NCBI GenBank assembly: GCA_964016885.1
Contig: OZ024741.1
Coordinates: 118,544,001-118,608,000, forward strand
Origin: Eledone cirrhosa
Lineage: Eukaryota
Direction of reading: 5' to 3'
Length of the DNA: 64,000 nt
Shown here piece by piece: positions 30,410 to 50,535 of this stretch (the stretch's first letter is position 1; every line of letters begins with the position of its first letter). Under the pieces are notes generated by a model. The model saw nothing but the letters and a program-made list of their open reading frames with translations, had not been told where the DNA came from and did not search any database. A program made the position numbers and the translations under genes.

Positions 30410-31039
30410 AGAGAGAGAGAGAGAGAAGGGGTGACACTGTCTTCGTGTGTGTGAGTTTTGCAATAAATAATAAAAAGCTTCGATGGAGAACTGAATTGGA
30501 CAAGAGTCGGTTTCAACAATGAGTGTTCTAGTTTGATCAATGGGACAATAACCCACTCATGAAGTCAGTCAATGTGCAATTGACTAAGCATTCTACAGAG
30601 CCGTGTACCCTAAATGGAGATTCAGAGTAATAGTGTGACAAGGCTGGTTCTTTAATTTACAGAGACAGTCCACCTGACAGTCTTAACAGTTTCTGTCAAC
30701 CCAATTTCACTGACAAGCCATAGGTCAAACAGAGATTTATAGTAAATGACACTTGCCCAAGATGACACATAGTGGGATTGAACCTGGGACCTAATGATTG
30801 TAAAGCTAACTCCTTACGCATTTGGCCACATTGTGTCTACTGGTCCTGCACATATAGAAGAGCTGCCAGAATTTATATACACTACAGATGCTTGCCACTT
30901 TTCTGTGTATTTAAATCCTCTACAATAACAAACAGTGCCACTTTCAGCCCTCTGCATTCTCACCAGTAGGGGAGTGGGGGAGAGACAAATTACCATGTTC
31001 AATAAAATTAGGAGTTATCAAAACAAAACCTGTGCCCTA

Positions 31040-31450
31040 GAATACTACTGGTGCCATGATAAATTAAATGCTCCTTGTCTACAAAGTAAAGTGGTAGTGC
31101 TAGTTTATGATAAAAAGCACTCAGAACACCCTGTGATGTAATAGAGTTGGTGTCATGATAAAAAGCACCTATCCACCCTTAAGGTAGCAGTGTTCGCACC
31201 ATGATAAAAATGTTCCCAGTCCACTCTGTAATGTGGTAGTGCTGGTGTTATAAAAAGCACATAGTACACCCTGTAAGGTGGTAGAGCCAGATCACGATAA
31301 AATGCTCCAAGTACAAACTATAAAGTGGTTGGCATTAGGAAGGGCATCCAACTATAAAAAGCATGCCAAGACTTGGTTGCCTGACCAGAATGTGACAACC
31401 TGTGCAAGCATGGGAAATAAATGTTAAACAGTAGTGGTGATGATGATGAT
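31040..31450 (+). mobile_element. SINE/RTE-tail element with internal ~45-bp tandem repeats
   Basis: Repeated GGTG(C/T)CATGATAAAAAGCAC...CTGTAA units followed by GTGGTTGGCATTAGGAAGGGCATCC and a (GAT)n tail. Confidence 0.65.
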
Positions 31451-32743
31451 ATATTATATAACTTTATTGGTAATCCTTCATTTTAAGATCAGACATTCTT
31501 GGTGATTTCCTTCCATAAGTGAAATTGACAAGAGCCACAAACCATCAACACAATATATTCATACAATTGTTTTCATGTGCTTGACTATCACTTTTGAATG
31601 GCATTTTTACTTATTTTCTTTGATATTAAATCACGTTTTGGTTACACATTTCACTAACCAACTCTTCCATCTTAATGCTATGTAAGGACTTGTTAAGAAG
31701 TGTCAAACAGCTTTGATTAATCACAAGAAAGTTAATTATATTAACTAAATCCCTCCAAATTCTTGATTATTTTTCAAAATTATGTGAAAACCATAGGTAA
31801 TGTCTTTCATAGACATGGTAACAATGGGGTTAAGCAACATCTGATCTGATGTGAAACTACATAGAGGTCTCGCCACACCATGAGCTCATTACCTATTAAG
31901 ATATCTAGGGTGTTTGTTCACTGACAAATTGAAACCTTGTTTCATTCACAGCACAACCAGGAAACATTGAAACCTCTAGCGCTATGCAGGATGTCCAGTG
32001 CACACCTGAGTGTGCTAGGTGGTCATTACCAATAGCACTGTCTACTGTACTGACTGCACATTCAGGAAACATTCATTAAAAAAACAAAAATGCTTCACCC
32101 ACACACATACCACTGCTGCACCCACACACACACCACTGCTTCACCCACACACATACCACTGCTGCACCCACACACACACCACTGCTGCACCTAGACAAAC
32201 ACAAGCAACGGAAATCCATTATTAATGTGTATTATCAATCCTTTGTTATCAAAAATAGTGGGTGGATCCCAGAAGTTCAGAATATTGTCATATCTATTAC
32301 TTAATGTTATCAGGGAGTTATTAGTCTAAAGGGCTCCATCCTAAATCATTGGCTTCCATTATGTGAGTGGGTGAGTATCGTGTGTGTGTGTGTGCGTGTC
32401 ACATTTGTGTGCACATGCTACACGTGTGTGTTGTATGTGTTGTATATATGAAATTGCAGCTATACTGAGACATAGTTAAACCAGATACTTGAAACTATGT
32501 TAGAAACCAGTTGAAGCCTCATTGCTAACCAAACACACTGAATGTATAAAGACACACATACACATATATATATATACATATATACAGGTTGTATGGCTAT
32601 TTGCCAGTTAGTGCCAGCTATCAGGTGTATTTAGTGTGTGTATGTCTTCAGTTTCTCATCACAGGTTTTAAAAAGGCACCAATGTTTATTCTGTAAAGTT
32701 CATTAATGTATACACAAGAGAAGATACAATGTTGGGTGGTGTA

Positions 32744-32803
<60 letters not shown>

Positions 32804-33524
32804 GCTATATTAGTCTGTCTAGCTATGTAGAGCCTGCTGCCACAGCCTAAAAATAGTGAAACTGATATACATTATATATATATATATATATATATATACT
32901 AGCACTAACAGGCTATCTTTAAGGTAGCATTTTGGAAATATAATTTTGTCTAAGAGAAGTGTGGTAAATAGTAAAATATATCAAATCAATGGGGTTATAC
33001 ATGCATAGTCCTGTAACTATTGAGGGAGTCGTGAGGGTGGTACATTGAATACTATAAATCATTCTATTGGACATTCTAACAATTTTGTCAATTCATTGCC
33101 TATTAGGTTTAATAACAGAACAAAGGTTGAAGATCCCTGAATAAAAAAATTCTCTGGTGGCTGTAAATGTATCTACCAGTGTCAGCCATGATTGAGCAGA
33201 GCTATGATAAATGCTTTCTGATTGTGTCCCATTTTTGGTATATCAGGGACCTTTTTTAACAACAAATATGTTTGTTAGTAAAATGAATCCTTTACTGTTT
33301 ATTTACCATACTTACTGTCTAACTATTTTCGCTCTTTTTCTGTCTTTACCTTACTGCAGAGTATCAGTATCAGTAACCAATATTTAGAGATGTGATACTG
33401 TGAAATTGAGAATTTACATTTTGGGTTTAGTTGTGTATGTGATTTTAATCTGGTTTCAATATTTGAGCAGAATGTCTTCTATGTATATGTCTATATATGT
33501 ATATAGGTAAATAAATCCATCTAC

Positions 33525-33555
<31 letters not shown>

Positions 33556-34289
33556 TGTATGTGTGTATGTGTGTATGTGTGTATGTGTGTATGTGTGTAT
33601 GTATGTATGCGTGTATGTGTGTATAGGTATATAGTTTCAATTGTATAACTGTTGGCAGCAATTGGCTGGCAGTATTGGTAGTGTCAGACAACATGCTTTG
33701 CAGCTTATATTTATGTCACAAGTTTAAATCCTGCTGAGCTGAAGGTAGCTTTGCCTTTCATCCTTACTGGGTCGATAAAATAAAGTACCTGTAATGCATT
33801 GGCGTTGATTTAATTGACTTTACTTTCTCCCAAAGTTGTTGGTATTGTGCTTAAACCATTACAATTAGAGCATCAGATAAAATGCTTTGCTGTATTCATG
33901 TCTGGGTCTCTGATCTGAGTTCAAATCCCATTGAAATCAACTTTGCCTTTCATCCTTTCAAGGTTAACAAATACCAGTCAGTACTTGATTCGGCTGTTTT
34001 ACTTTATCTCGTTCACTGGAAGAAATCAGCTATGCTCGTTGTGGGGAGGGATGGGCTCTGCCATGTTTAAATGCCCAAAGTAACACCCTATGACTTTATC
34101 AGTAGTTCAGAGCCAATGGACAGATGGGTCTGTAAAGATGAGCATCTAAGTAATGCATGCATACATGTATGTATATATAAACATATATATTTATATTTAG
34201 TCCAACCCTTGCAAGCAGGGAAAACAGATGTTAAATGATATGTATGTATGTAAGTGTGTATCATGTTTGTGTATGTGTATGTATGTATG

Positions 34290-34620
34290 AATCATTTTAC
34301 GTCCACTTTTTCCTTGCTTGCAAGGGTGGGACGGGAACTGATTCTGGCTTGATTTCTACAGCTGGATGCCCTTCCTAACACCAACCTCATTTACAGTGAG
34401 TGCTGGGTGCTTTTTTGCCGTGGCACCTCCACGACCACTTTGCAGTGGAATGATAGGGACCCCAGTCCCTATCATCTCATTTCTACAGCTGAGTAAACTG
34501 GAGCAATGTGAAATAAAGTGTCTTGCTCAAGGAAACAACACATCACCCGGTCTGAGAATTGAACTCACAACCTTTCGATTGCAAGGCCAATGCTCTAACC
34601 ACTAAGCCATGTGCTTCCAC
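34290..34620 (-). mobile_element. tRNA-derived SINE with RTE-like 3' tail (second copy)
   Basis: Near-identical to 12757-13062. Confidence 0.8.
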
Positions 34621-34734
34621 ATGTATATATGTAAAAGAAAATGGAGATTGACAGTATGTGATGTGTAAAGTTGTTCCATTCAGCTGGCAAATTAGAAATC
34701 ACACGAACTTGTAGAAGGGACAAAAGAGTAAATA

Positions 34735-35545
34735 CAATGTACCCACTAATGTCACTTACAGAAAGGACAAAGAAGGAGTTACCATGTACCCACTACTGTC
34801 ACTTGCAGAAGGGAGAAATTAGTTACCATGTACCCACTACTGTCACTTGCAGAAGGGAGAAATTAGTTACCATGTACCCACTACTGTCACTTGCAGAAGG
34901 GAGAAATTAGTTACCATGTACCCACTACTGTCACTTGCAGAAGGGAGAAATTAGTTACCATGTACCCACTACTGTCACTTGCAGAAGGGAGAAATTAGTT
35001 ACCATGTACCCACTACTGTCACTTGCAGAAGGGAGAAATTAGTTACCATGTACCCACTACTGTCACTTGCAGAATGGAGAAATTAGTTACCATGTACCCA
35101 CTACTGTCACTTGCAGAAGGGAGAAATTAGTTACCATGTACCCACTACGGTCACTTGCAGAAGGGAGAAATTAGTTACCATGTACCCACTACGGTCACTT
35201 GCAGAAGGGAGAAATTAGTTACCACGTACCCACTACGGCCACTTGCAGAAGGGAGAAAGTAGTTACCATGTACCCACTATGGTCACTTGCAGAAGGGAGA
35301 AATTAGTTACCATGCACCCACTACGGTCACTTGCAGAAGGGAGAAATTAGTTACCATGTACCCACTATGGTCACTTGCAGAAGGGACAATGGAGTAGTTA
35401 CCATGTAGCCACTACTATTAATTGCTGAAGGGACAATGGAGTAGTTACCATGTACCCACTACTATTAATTGCTGAAGGGACAATGGAGTAGTTACCATGT
35501 ACCCACTACTATTAATTGCTGAAGGGACAAATTATCATGTACCAC
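34735..35545 (+). repeat. 44-bp minisatellite (~17-18 copies)
   Basis: Unit AGTTACCATGTACCCACTACTGTCACTTGCAGAAGGGAGAAATT. Exact 44-bp period from 34821; 47-bp variants at the right end. Confidence 0.95.
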
Positions 35546-36237
35546 TTGCCATCATATTTGACTTTCATTGGTTTCAGTTGTTCAAATCAAAGGCACAGCC
35601 TTCTCATGAAATTAACATGCAAGTGACTGAGCAGCCTACAGACATGTGTATCCTTAACATAATTCTCATGGAAATTCAGCATGACTGTTTGTGACAAGGT
35701 TGGCCCTTTAAATTACAGGTACAGTCCATCTGATGAGCTTACAGTTTCTGTCTACCGAATTTCACTCAAGACATAAGTTGACCCAAAACTATGGTAAATG
35801 AAACTTGCCCAAGATGCCACACAGTGGGATTGAACCCTGGACCTAATCATTGCAAAGAAAACTACTTAACCATTCAGCCATACTGCATCCACATTCTACT
35901 CTGTGTATGGATTGATTAATTATTTGAAATCACATGCAAAAAAGGCAAGCATTTCCAAATGCCCCATTTGTAATCTGATTTAACCTCATTCATACCATAT
36001 CAATATTGCTTTAAACCACCCCAAGTAATGAAAATAAATAAAATTTACAACTCAGAGTAATGAAGGTTTAGTTGGCCACCTACAATGTTGGTCATAGACC
36101 TCTCTAATGTTCTAACTCTTCCGTTACCATATTTCTAATGAATTATACTGCCTATAATTTTCAAATAATCAATAATTTGGAAGGATTTAGTAATATAACT
36201 AACTTTCTCTTTACTAAGCTGGTGTTTGAAATATAAG

Positions 36238-36505
36238 GGTGCTTTTTGTCATGGCATCAGCACTACCATTTTTACAGGGTGGACCTGGTGCTTTTTGTCA
36301 AGGCACCAGCACTACCACCATGCAAGGTGGACTAGGTGCTGTTTATCATGGCACCAGCACTACCATTTTACAGGGTGGACCTGGTGCTTTTTGTCAAGGC
36401 AACAGCACTACCACCATGCAAGGTGGACTTGATGCTTTTTGTCATGGCATCAGCACTATCACCATACAAGGTGGACTTGGTGCTTTTTATTGTGGCATCA
36501 GCAAT
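36238..36505 (+). repeat. ~48-bp tandem repeat with alternating A/B units
   Basis: GGTGCTTTTTGTCA(T/A)GGCA(T/C)CAGCACTACCA...GGTGGAC, about 5.5 copies. Resembles the reverse complement of the repeat at 31040-31330. Confidence 0.8.
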
Positions 36506-36572
36506 ATCTTATTACAACACTAGTGTGTTCAGTGTGCCAAGATATATAAATACATAATACACACACACACAC

Positions 36573-36620
<48 letters not shown>

Positions 36621-36907
36621 GTGTGTGTGTGTGTGTATGAATTTTTAAAAATTAGATTACATATGATTACTTAGTAATGAGGAGGGAGAACTGAATTCTT
36701 TCATTACTATATATTTCCAATCGTTATTGCTTTCATTTATTTACACAATACTTTCGATGTGTTTGGAAATAGGTTAAACAAACTGAGTTTTTCTTCATTC
36801 TTTCCAATTTCAATGTAGATAATGAATAATATCAATCAAGAAAATAGAGATGATGTGTTTTTTTCTTCAAGAACGTAATGTCATTTCTACAATTAATGAA
36901 TTGCAAG

Positions 36908-36940
<33 letters not shown>

Positions 36941-38104
36941 AAAATTTCATCAATATAACTGCAATCTAAATCTCTAAAAATTTATTTGCAAAATTTCATT
37001 AAAAAAATATACATTAAGAAAGTTTTAAAGAATTAAAGTCTTTTTGTTTTTTTCAATGGGATGGGGGATTAAACTAGTTATGCCAAAATAAGTACCAGTT
37101 AGATACTAGACTCCAATTTACTATATGTACACACATACATTTACAAACACCCCTACAATTGTGTGGCCTTGTACTAAAGTGAGAAATCAATATTTATCAT
37201 TTACACAATATATCAGTGTAAAGCAACCACAATTAAACACACATACACAGAAGCATTAGACTTAATGAATGAGATGCTTGTTCACAGTGTGATGAGCATA
37301 TACATATTGTTTATTTCTGCAGTCCTTGTCTACATGTAATGCAGAGAGAGAGAGGGAGAGAGAGAGAGATACATATATAGGTATATATCTACATATGTAT
37401 GTATATCTATACACACACATATCTACATACGCACAATGAAAGTGCGTGGCCTAGTCGATAGTTCAATTTCTGGATTGGGCAGTGCGTTGCTCTTAAGCAA
37501 GATGTTTTATTCCCTGTAGCCTTTCAGGGTAGAGGCCCCTATCATTTACACATCCAAGAAAACTCCTTTGGGATTGAATCGCATAGAAAGCCAGCTAAAC
37601 ATCCATAGGTATGAGCTGTAAATGTATGTATGCATATATATATATATATATATGTGGGTGCGCGCGCGCACACACATTCATGCACACACTCACATTCATA
37701 TATACACACACACACACATCACCACCCAGCCCTTGGATGTCTTCAGTGGTGTTCACTATGTTGAAAGCATTGAGACCATGTTTCCAGTTTTGGGGCTATC
37801 TTCTCCCCACTCCAGTCTCAGGTCATGTGCATCGCTCTTCCCTTCCTGATAACACACACGCGCATACATACATACATACAAGTAAATGTTTAATTAATTA
37901 CACAAAAGCACTATACATACACACATACATACATACATAATCAGCATTCTTCATCTATATATAGATGCACTCGTTACCGTATCGATATCAACATACATTA
38001 CATTAAAAAGCATATTCAGGCCACATCCACATAAATATATTGACATATATTAAAGCATACACAAGCTTCATATAAACACTAAACACTGAACACACACATA
38101 TATA

Positions 38105-38290
38105 TATGTTTATCTCAGATTCAATCGGGGGTAACCACAGTAAGTAAGGTACTCAATACATACACATATTTAATATAGAAATGGCTTCTACAGGACTAGA
38201 ACTGTTTCATTCGGAAGAAATCCTCATGATCATTTCTTCCTAATGAAACAGTTCTAGTCCTGTAGAAGCCATTTCTATATTAAATATATG
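38105..38290 (-). mobile_element. Family A palindromic HHR element, core damaged
   Basis: Arms span 38166-38287. Reverse-complemented tail at 38110-38160. Confidence 0.7.
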
Positions 38291-38344
38291 TATATGTTTA
38301 TATGCGTGTGTGTGTGTATTTGCATATACATATATACAAACACA

Positions 38345-38575
38345 CACACTTATATAGACACATACACACACATACTTATATAGACACACACATACTTATG
38401 TAGACACACACATACTTATGTAGACACACACATACTTATGTAGACACACACATACTTATGTAGACACACACATACTTATGTAGACACACACATACTTATG
38501 TAGACACACACACACTTATGTAGACACACACATACTTATGTAGACACACACATACTTATGTAGACACACACACAC
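38345..38575 (+). repeat. 20-bp minisatellite
   Basis: (CATACTTATGTAGACACACA)n, ~11 copies. Confidence 0.9.
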
Positions 38576-39158
38576 AGATATAGAGCGAGCATAGACAGGT
38601 ATATTCTTCTCTTAATGAAAACTATCGACCCATGGATTTGTAATTACATTGTCAATGGATTTGAACAGCGCAAAGTATAAAGGGCTCCCAACACTGCTTT
38701 CAGTATAATGAGCAACATTAGAAATATAATTGCTTGTATATGTGTGTGCGTATATATACATATATATACACACCTTAATTAAGTACCTTAATTGTGGTTC
38801 TTTCACGTTCTCAACGAAATATCCGTCAACGGTTTATATCTACCTATATGTACGTATAAGTGTGTGTGTGTATACACATATATATATGTATACACTAACT
38901 CCTGGTGGAGTCGTAGGTGGGCCATAGTGACATACGTTTCTCGGGCATTAAAAACCCTGTTGAACACAGCCCGATTTCCACCAGAGAAGGAGAGAAAGGT
39001 TGGGGGAGATTTGATTCCAGTAATAAACTGGTACTTCTTTTTGGCGATTTCGAAAGGATGAAAGTCAAAGTTGACCTCGACGAGATTTGAACTCAGAGAA
39101 CAGAGCTGGAATGAATACCGCAAATCATTCTATCTGGTGTTCTAATGACTGCCAGTTC

Positions 39159-39205
<47 letters not shown>

Positions 39206-39420
39206 ATATATATATTGTACATAATATGAGAACGTGTAGAAAAAAGAAGTAACATTAGTAGAGAGGAAGGGGTAATGTCATTTAATGCTTTGAAAAGACC
39301 GACTTCACAGGAGTGTGTAGGAGATAAAATAGTTGTTGAACAGATTATTCCGTTCACGGATCTGATACCACTTTTGGAACAAGACTTAAACAGATAATTA
39401 ATACACACACACAATTTATA

Positions 39421-39457
<37 letters not shown>

Positions 39458-39556
39458 GAGAGAGAGAGAGTAAGCATTTGTGGTAGAAAGTAAGGGTAAT
39501 TTTAAAAGTAGGGTAAGATGGTTCTTAGAGAGGCGGGTTACATACGCACATACATG

Positions 39557-39621
<65 letters not shown>

Positions 39622-39668
39622 TATATATATATTTGTGTGCGTGTACACCGCTCTACACTGTGTGTATG

Positions 39669-39700
<32 letters not shown>

Positions 39701-40519
39701 CATACATACATAGATGTGTAGAGCTATGTTAATTTTGTTCTTAACACCAAATTTCCCAAATGAACCAGTCAAACAGACCTAAGATGAAAACGTATTTCTA
39801 CCTGCGACGATTCCATCTAATTGGGGGAAGGACCTAAAGCTACATTACCTAAATCCTTCACTTAAAAATTCTCGGTTGTGTGTGTTATCCTATCCTCTCA
39901 TCTTCTCAGGAAGACTTTCTCTTTAGAGGTATTTTCATGTCAACAAGCACACTAGTAACAGTATGATAAATAAATAAAAACCACCACCACTACCATCAAC
40001 ATCACCAGCTTTTAGTGAAGAGACGGGTCTTAAAAACGAAATATTTAGAAATAGTTTTTGACAGTTAGATAGTATCATGTAGAGTAGTTTTTATTTAAAC
40101 ACGGATCAACAGTGATTGAGTAAGACCTATAGCCGAAGGCGTTCCAGTCATGACCATCGTCTTATATATTCAAACAATGTATCTAAGACTACATTATTCG
40201 ATGTGCTACATTTCATTTAAGACAGGAGGGTGACATTTGAGAGAGATTCTGTTGAGGTCCCCTCGTTATAGTATTAGAGAGGGGTACACAGATTGATTGA
40301 GTGTTAAATACAGTGTGTGAGTGTAAGATACACGAATGAAATGCTTGATGTAGTGTGTAGTGCTCGATAATATGAGTGAAGTGTTAGATACAGAGTGTAG
40401 TGTGTGAGTGTTAGATGCATGAATAAAATGCTAGATTTAAGAATGTAATGAGTGATATAATGGAGGGTGCTAGATATAGTATGTAAGTGTGAAATGAAGG
40501 CTAAATATAGAATGTGTAG

Positions 40520-40765
40520 AGTGAGTATTAGATATAGAGTACATAGTGATTGAGTGTTAGATATAGTGTGTGTATAGTGAGAGAGTGTTAAATATAGTGT
40601 GTGTAGTGAGAGAGTGTTAAATATAGTGTGTGTGTAGTGAGAGAGTGTTAAATATAGTGTGTGTGTAGTGAGAGAGTGTTAGATATAGTGTGTGTAATGA
40701 GAGAGTGTTAGATATAGTGTGTGTAATGAGAGAGTGTTAGATATAGTGTGTGTAGTGAGTGCTAA
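40520..40765 (+). repeat. 28-30-bp minisatellite
   Basis: GAGAGTGTTA(A/G)ATATAGTGTGTGTA(G/A)TGA units. Confidence 0.8.
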
Positions 40766-41243
40766 ATAGATACGGATGCTAGGTAAAGCAAGTGAGTGGA
40801 TGTTAGGTAGACAGGGAGAGAATTGAAACGAGAAAGTGCTAGATAGAAAATTTAGATAAAAGTGAATGTGTAACTGTATAAGATATACAAAACAACAAAA
40901 AAGAAAAAAGAAAGAAAGATTACTAAATATATTGAATGCTAAATAGAGAGTTAATATAGCTATAGTTATGAAGAGATAGAACGTTGAATAGCAAGAGAAA
41001 ACCAAAACAAAAAAAATGAAGGGAAGAGTACAGTTTATAAGAAAGCGTTGAAGAGAAAAGATAGGGGTACTATGAAAAAATAAAATAGCACTTGAAAGAG
41101 AATATACGTATGTGAGAGAAAGTAAGACACAGAAAGTTAACAGTGAGTATAAAGAAAGACAGAGAGAAAGAACAAGAAAATTTAGAGGAAAGGGAGAAAA
41201 ACAGTTAAAGTAATGATACGAGCCGAAATACGATTCTCGCTGA

Positions 41244-41274
<31 letters not shown>

Positions 41275-41797
41275 TGTGCATTTGCTTATATATATACACC
41301 TCTATTAGAAATATATATAGAGAGGCAATGAATTATTTTGCCCTCACCGTACCCGTTCATAAAACGAAAAATATAAACAGGGAAACGGATATATTTTGAA
41401 TAGTAAATAAACCTTACAGAGAGGGATTTGATCGATAAAACGTGCCGTTTATATCGTGACCCGAGATATATAGATAAATGGAGAGAAATGCATATATACA
41501 GATAGAGAGTCACACATTCACACACATAATATATTATATACATATTACAGGTATATATATATATATATAGATATGTTACGGAATACTGTTAGCTTCTCGC
41601 TACAACAATTTCTATACTTTTCATTTATATATATATAGATAGAGATAGAGGGAGAGAGAGAGATTGTACATATATACGTATTATATTTTTGCATGTATAT
41701 ATACGCATAAAAACATATACACGCACATGCATGAATATATGATAAAGATACATATACACACGAATATGCATGTGTATTATAAAGATACACAAGCATG

Positions 41798-41834
<37 letters not shown>

Positions 41835-41936
41835 GCGCGTGTGTGTTTCTGTTTATGTTAGTGGCGGGGGAAAAAGACTGAAAAGGCAGTGAGACAAAAA
41901 AAAAAAAAAAAAAAAAAAAATAGTATATTTACTTAC

Positions 41937-42008
41937 CCTCATATCGTTTATTATGGCTTGAAACAAGCCTCCCAGAGCACTGCAATCTTTTTCTAATTTT
42001 GAATCCAT
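41937..42008 (-). CDS. MTSS1: First coding exon of an MTSS1/MIM-like I-BAR (IMD) domain protein
   Basis: Translates to MDSKLEKDCSALGGLFQAIINDMR, close to the MTSS1 N-terminus MEAVIEKECSALGGLFQTIISDMK. 72 bp, followed by a canonical phase-0 GTAAGT donor (41936-41931). No downstream exon recognised in the window. Confidence 0.9.
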
Positions 42009-42804
42009 TTTTGTTGTGGTTGATGAGCGATTTATAGGAGACGACAAACCAAATTTTATATATACACGGCAAAGGAGTGTTTAGAAATTTTTATTTTTAA
42101 ATGCAAGCAAGATGGATAGCAAAGAGAGATAGGCAGTAAGTAATTGAGGGAGGGAGTAAGTAAGAGGGAGTGGGAGAAGTTTGTGTATATGTATGACTAT
42201 ATATATATATATATATATATATAGTGTGTGTATGTGAGTGTGCGTGTTTTTCTTAACTGAAGGAGTGTGTGAAAGAGAAAATGATATTAATGAGAAGGTG
42301 GGAGGACTTAGAAGTAAAATTATTGAACAAAAAAAAAAAAAAACAGAATTTTAAAAACTTATATTTAAAAAGAATATGGCACAAACAGGTATGTTTCAAT
42401 AAAGTTATCCCAGAGCTTACATATACGTATATATATAAATGTGTGTGTATATATATATAATATATAAATATATTTTATTATATTATATATATATACGTAA
42501 ATGATAATTTTTTCGTTTTTTTTTATCTTTTTTAGTAATGTATTGTAATTTCTTTTTCTCCTTCTCAAGGTGGTATCATCATCATCACCGCCAAGAGAAA
42601 TTTTGGCTGCTGAAAAGCTTGTTGTCGAGACGTAGCCGCTGCCACTACTAGCAGGGGATGCTAGTACTACAACTGATAGAGAGATAGGCTGTTGGGATCG
42701 TTACTGCTAATACTACTACAACTACAAATACTATTGTTGCTGTTATTACTACTACTAATATTGCTGCTGCTGCTGTTTTTACTTATCTCTCGATATCTCT
42801 CTTT

Positions 42805-43215
42805 CACGTCTACTCTATCAACATTAGCTCTCATTCTCTCTTACACTTCTTACTCTCTTGCTCTATCAAAAATAGCCCGCTGTTTCTCGTCTACCCTGTC
42901 AACAATAGCTCTTACTCTATCTTACACTTTTCCTCTATCAAAAATAACCCTCTCTCTTTCTCGTCTACCTTGTCAACATTAGCTCTCACTCTGTCTTACA
43001 CTTATACTCTATCAACTGTAGCTCTCACTCTGTCTTACACTTATACTCTATCAACTGTAGCTCTCACTCTGTCTCACACTCCTACTATATCAACAAAAAC
43101 TAACTCTTTTACACTATTACTCTATCAACAAGAGCTTCTCACTCTGTCTCACACTCATACTATGTCAACATCTCTTTTCTCTCTGCCTCTTTCTCTTTCT
43201 ATCTATCAACAATAG
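42805..43215 (+). repeat. Degenerate ~39-bp minisatellite
   Basis: TAGCTCTCACTCTGTCTTACACTTATACTCTATCAAC units. Confidence 0.7.
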
Positions 43216-44027
43216 CTTCTCTCTCTACCATATACTCCTACTATCTCATCAATATCCTCCCCTCTTTCCGTGCACTTGCAACTACAACAACAACTCTTAT
43301 TAATTACTACTATTACCGTCACCATTTCGGTTGCTACCACAACTACAGAAGCCTACTTCCACTACTACTACCACCACCTATGTTGTTGTTACCTCCCCGA
43401 CTATCACTACAGCAGTCAGTCAGCCGTTAGCCTCCTCTCACTACAAAACAAGTCTTTCTAACTGTTGCCTGATAAATTTGGAGGTCGACACAGCCACAGA
43501 GCCCGAGGTCTGGACATGTCTGTGTCGGTATGAATCAATTGTGAAAATAGGGTTCGTTTTTATGATGATGATTATAAACACACAGACACACTCTACTTAG
43601 AAAATATATGTCTACATTTTACCCACCCGTATTGAGTACCCAATCAGTAAATATTGGTTTGTTTTTAATATTACGGTATCTTAAACACACATTCTTTGTA
43701 TGTTTGTTGGTATATGTACATATATATATGTATGCATATATAAGTACATATATATGTATATATGTTTTATGTGTGTGTGTGTGTGTGTGTGTGTGTGAGC
43801 GCATTTATTTATTCAATGTCTTACAACATAGCTATGATGTTTCAGCAAAGTGAGTTGATAGTTAACTAAGCTTCTTTAGAGGAGCTATGTTATTAGAAAT
43901 TGAATAAATAAACTTATCTACCTACATACACACATGTATATAAATATATATATGCATGTGTATATGTATGTATCTACATATAATTATATATGTATATGCA
44001 TAAGCGTATATATATATATATATATAT

Positions 44028-44220
44028 AGTTTTAATATAGATGAGATTCTACAGGACTAGAACTGTTTCATTCTTTAGAAATCATCAGGAATCTGATGAT
44101 TTCTAAAGAATGAAACAGTTCTAGTCCTGTAGAATCTCATCTATATTAAAACTTTTATACTCTGCTATGTATTGAGTACCTTACTTGCTGTGGTTACCTC
44201 CGATTCAACCGGAATAACAT
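44028..44220 (+). mobile_element. Family A palindromic HHR element (61-bp perfect arms, 4-nt loop, plus tail)
   Basis: Arms 44028-44088 and 44093-44153. Tail TATTGAGTACCTTACTTGCTGTGGTTACC. Flanked by TA repeats. Confidence 0.75.
44044..44094 (-). ncRNA. Type I hammerhead ribozyme (family A)
   Basis: Minus strand AGATTC-CTGATGA-tTTCtaaaGAAt-GAA-ACAG-ttctagtc-CTGTA^GAATCT. Stems I and III pair; stem II is short with a U-U at its base. Confidence 0.7.
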
Positions 44221-44294
44221 ATATATGTATATATATTGCTATATGTCTCTCCACCACTCCCCTACACACCATTTGAACTCTCTTCCCACACACT

Positions 44295-44332
44295 TTTCAC
44301 CTGAAGAAGGGCTTATGCCCGAAACGTCGTTC
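44295..44332 (+). ncRNA. Minimal Penelope-type hammerhead motif
   Basis: CTGAAGA-a-GGGC-ttat-GCCC-GAAACGTC. Stem I is only 2 bp. Confidence 0.6.
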
Positions 44333-44415
44333 CCCACCACCACCCCACTTTCAAGAGCGTGAAATTAATAAACCTTTGTTCGTACTGCCTCTCTGTTTTG
44401 TTCCCGTTCAATTTT

Positions 44416-44457
<42 letters not shown>

Positions 44458-44511
44458 TAAGTCTATATACAATATATTAATAAATGGAAACTATATTTAT
44501 AAAACCATATT

Positions 44512-44577
44512 TATTTTATTATATATATTTCAAGGGCAACCAAGGCAAATTATGGTGCGCTTTCATCAGATAAAATA
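44512..44577 (-). ncRNA. Type I hammerhead ribozyme (complete)
   Basis: Minus strand TATTTTAT-CTGATGA-aagcgcacca...tggttgccctt-GAAA-TATATA-TA^ATAAAATA. Confidence 0.8.
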
Positions 44578-44646
44578 CAGATTTGTTTTATAAGTAAATA
44601 GTGACATACCCGCAAAAAGACAACCTTCACGGTTGGAGCTTCCTGG

Positions 44647-50530
<5,884 letters not shown>

Positions 50531-50535
50531 TTTAT

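Noticed and set aside
30136-30556. ORFs around the (GA)n tract
   Set aside because: Low-complexity translations with no recognisable domain.
34735-35545. CRISPR-like array
   Set aside because: Contiguous tandem units without unique spacers, in a eukaryotic context with no cas genes.
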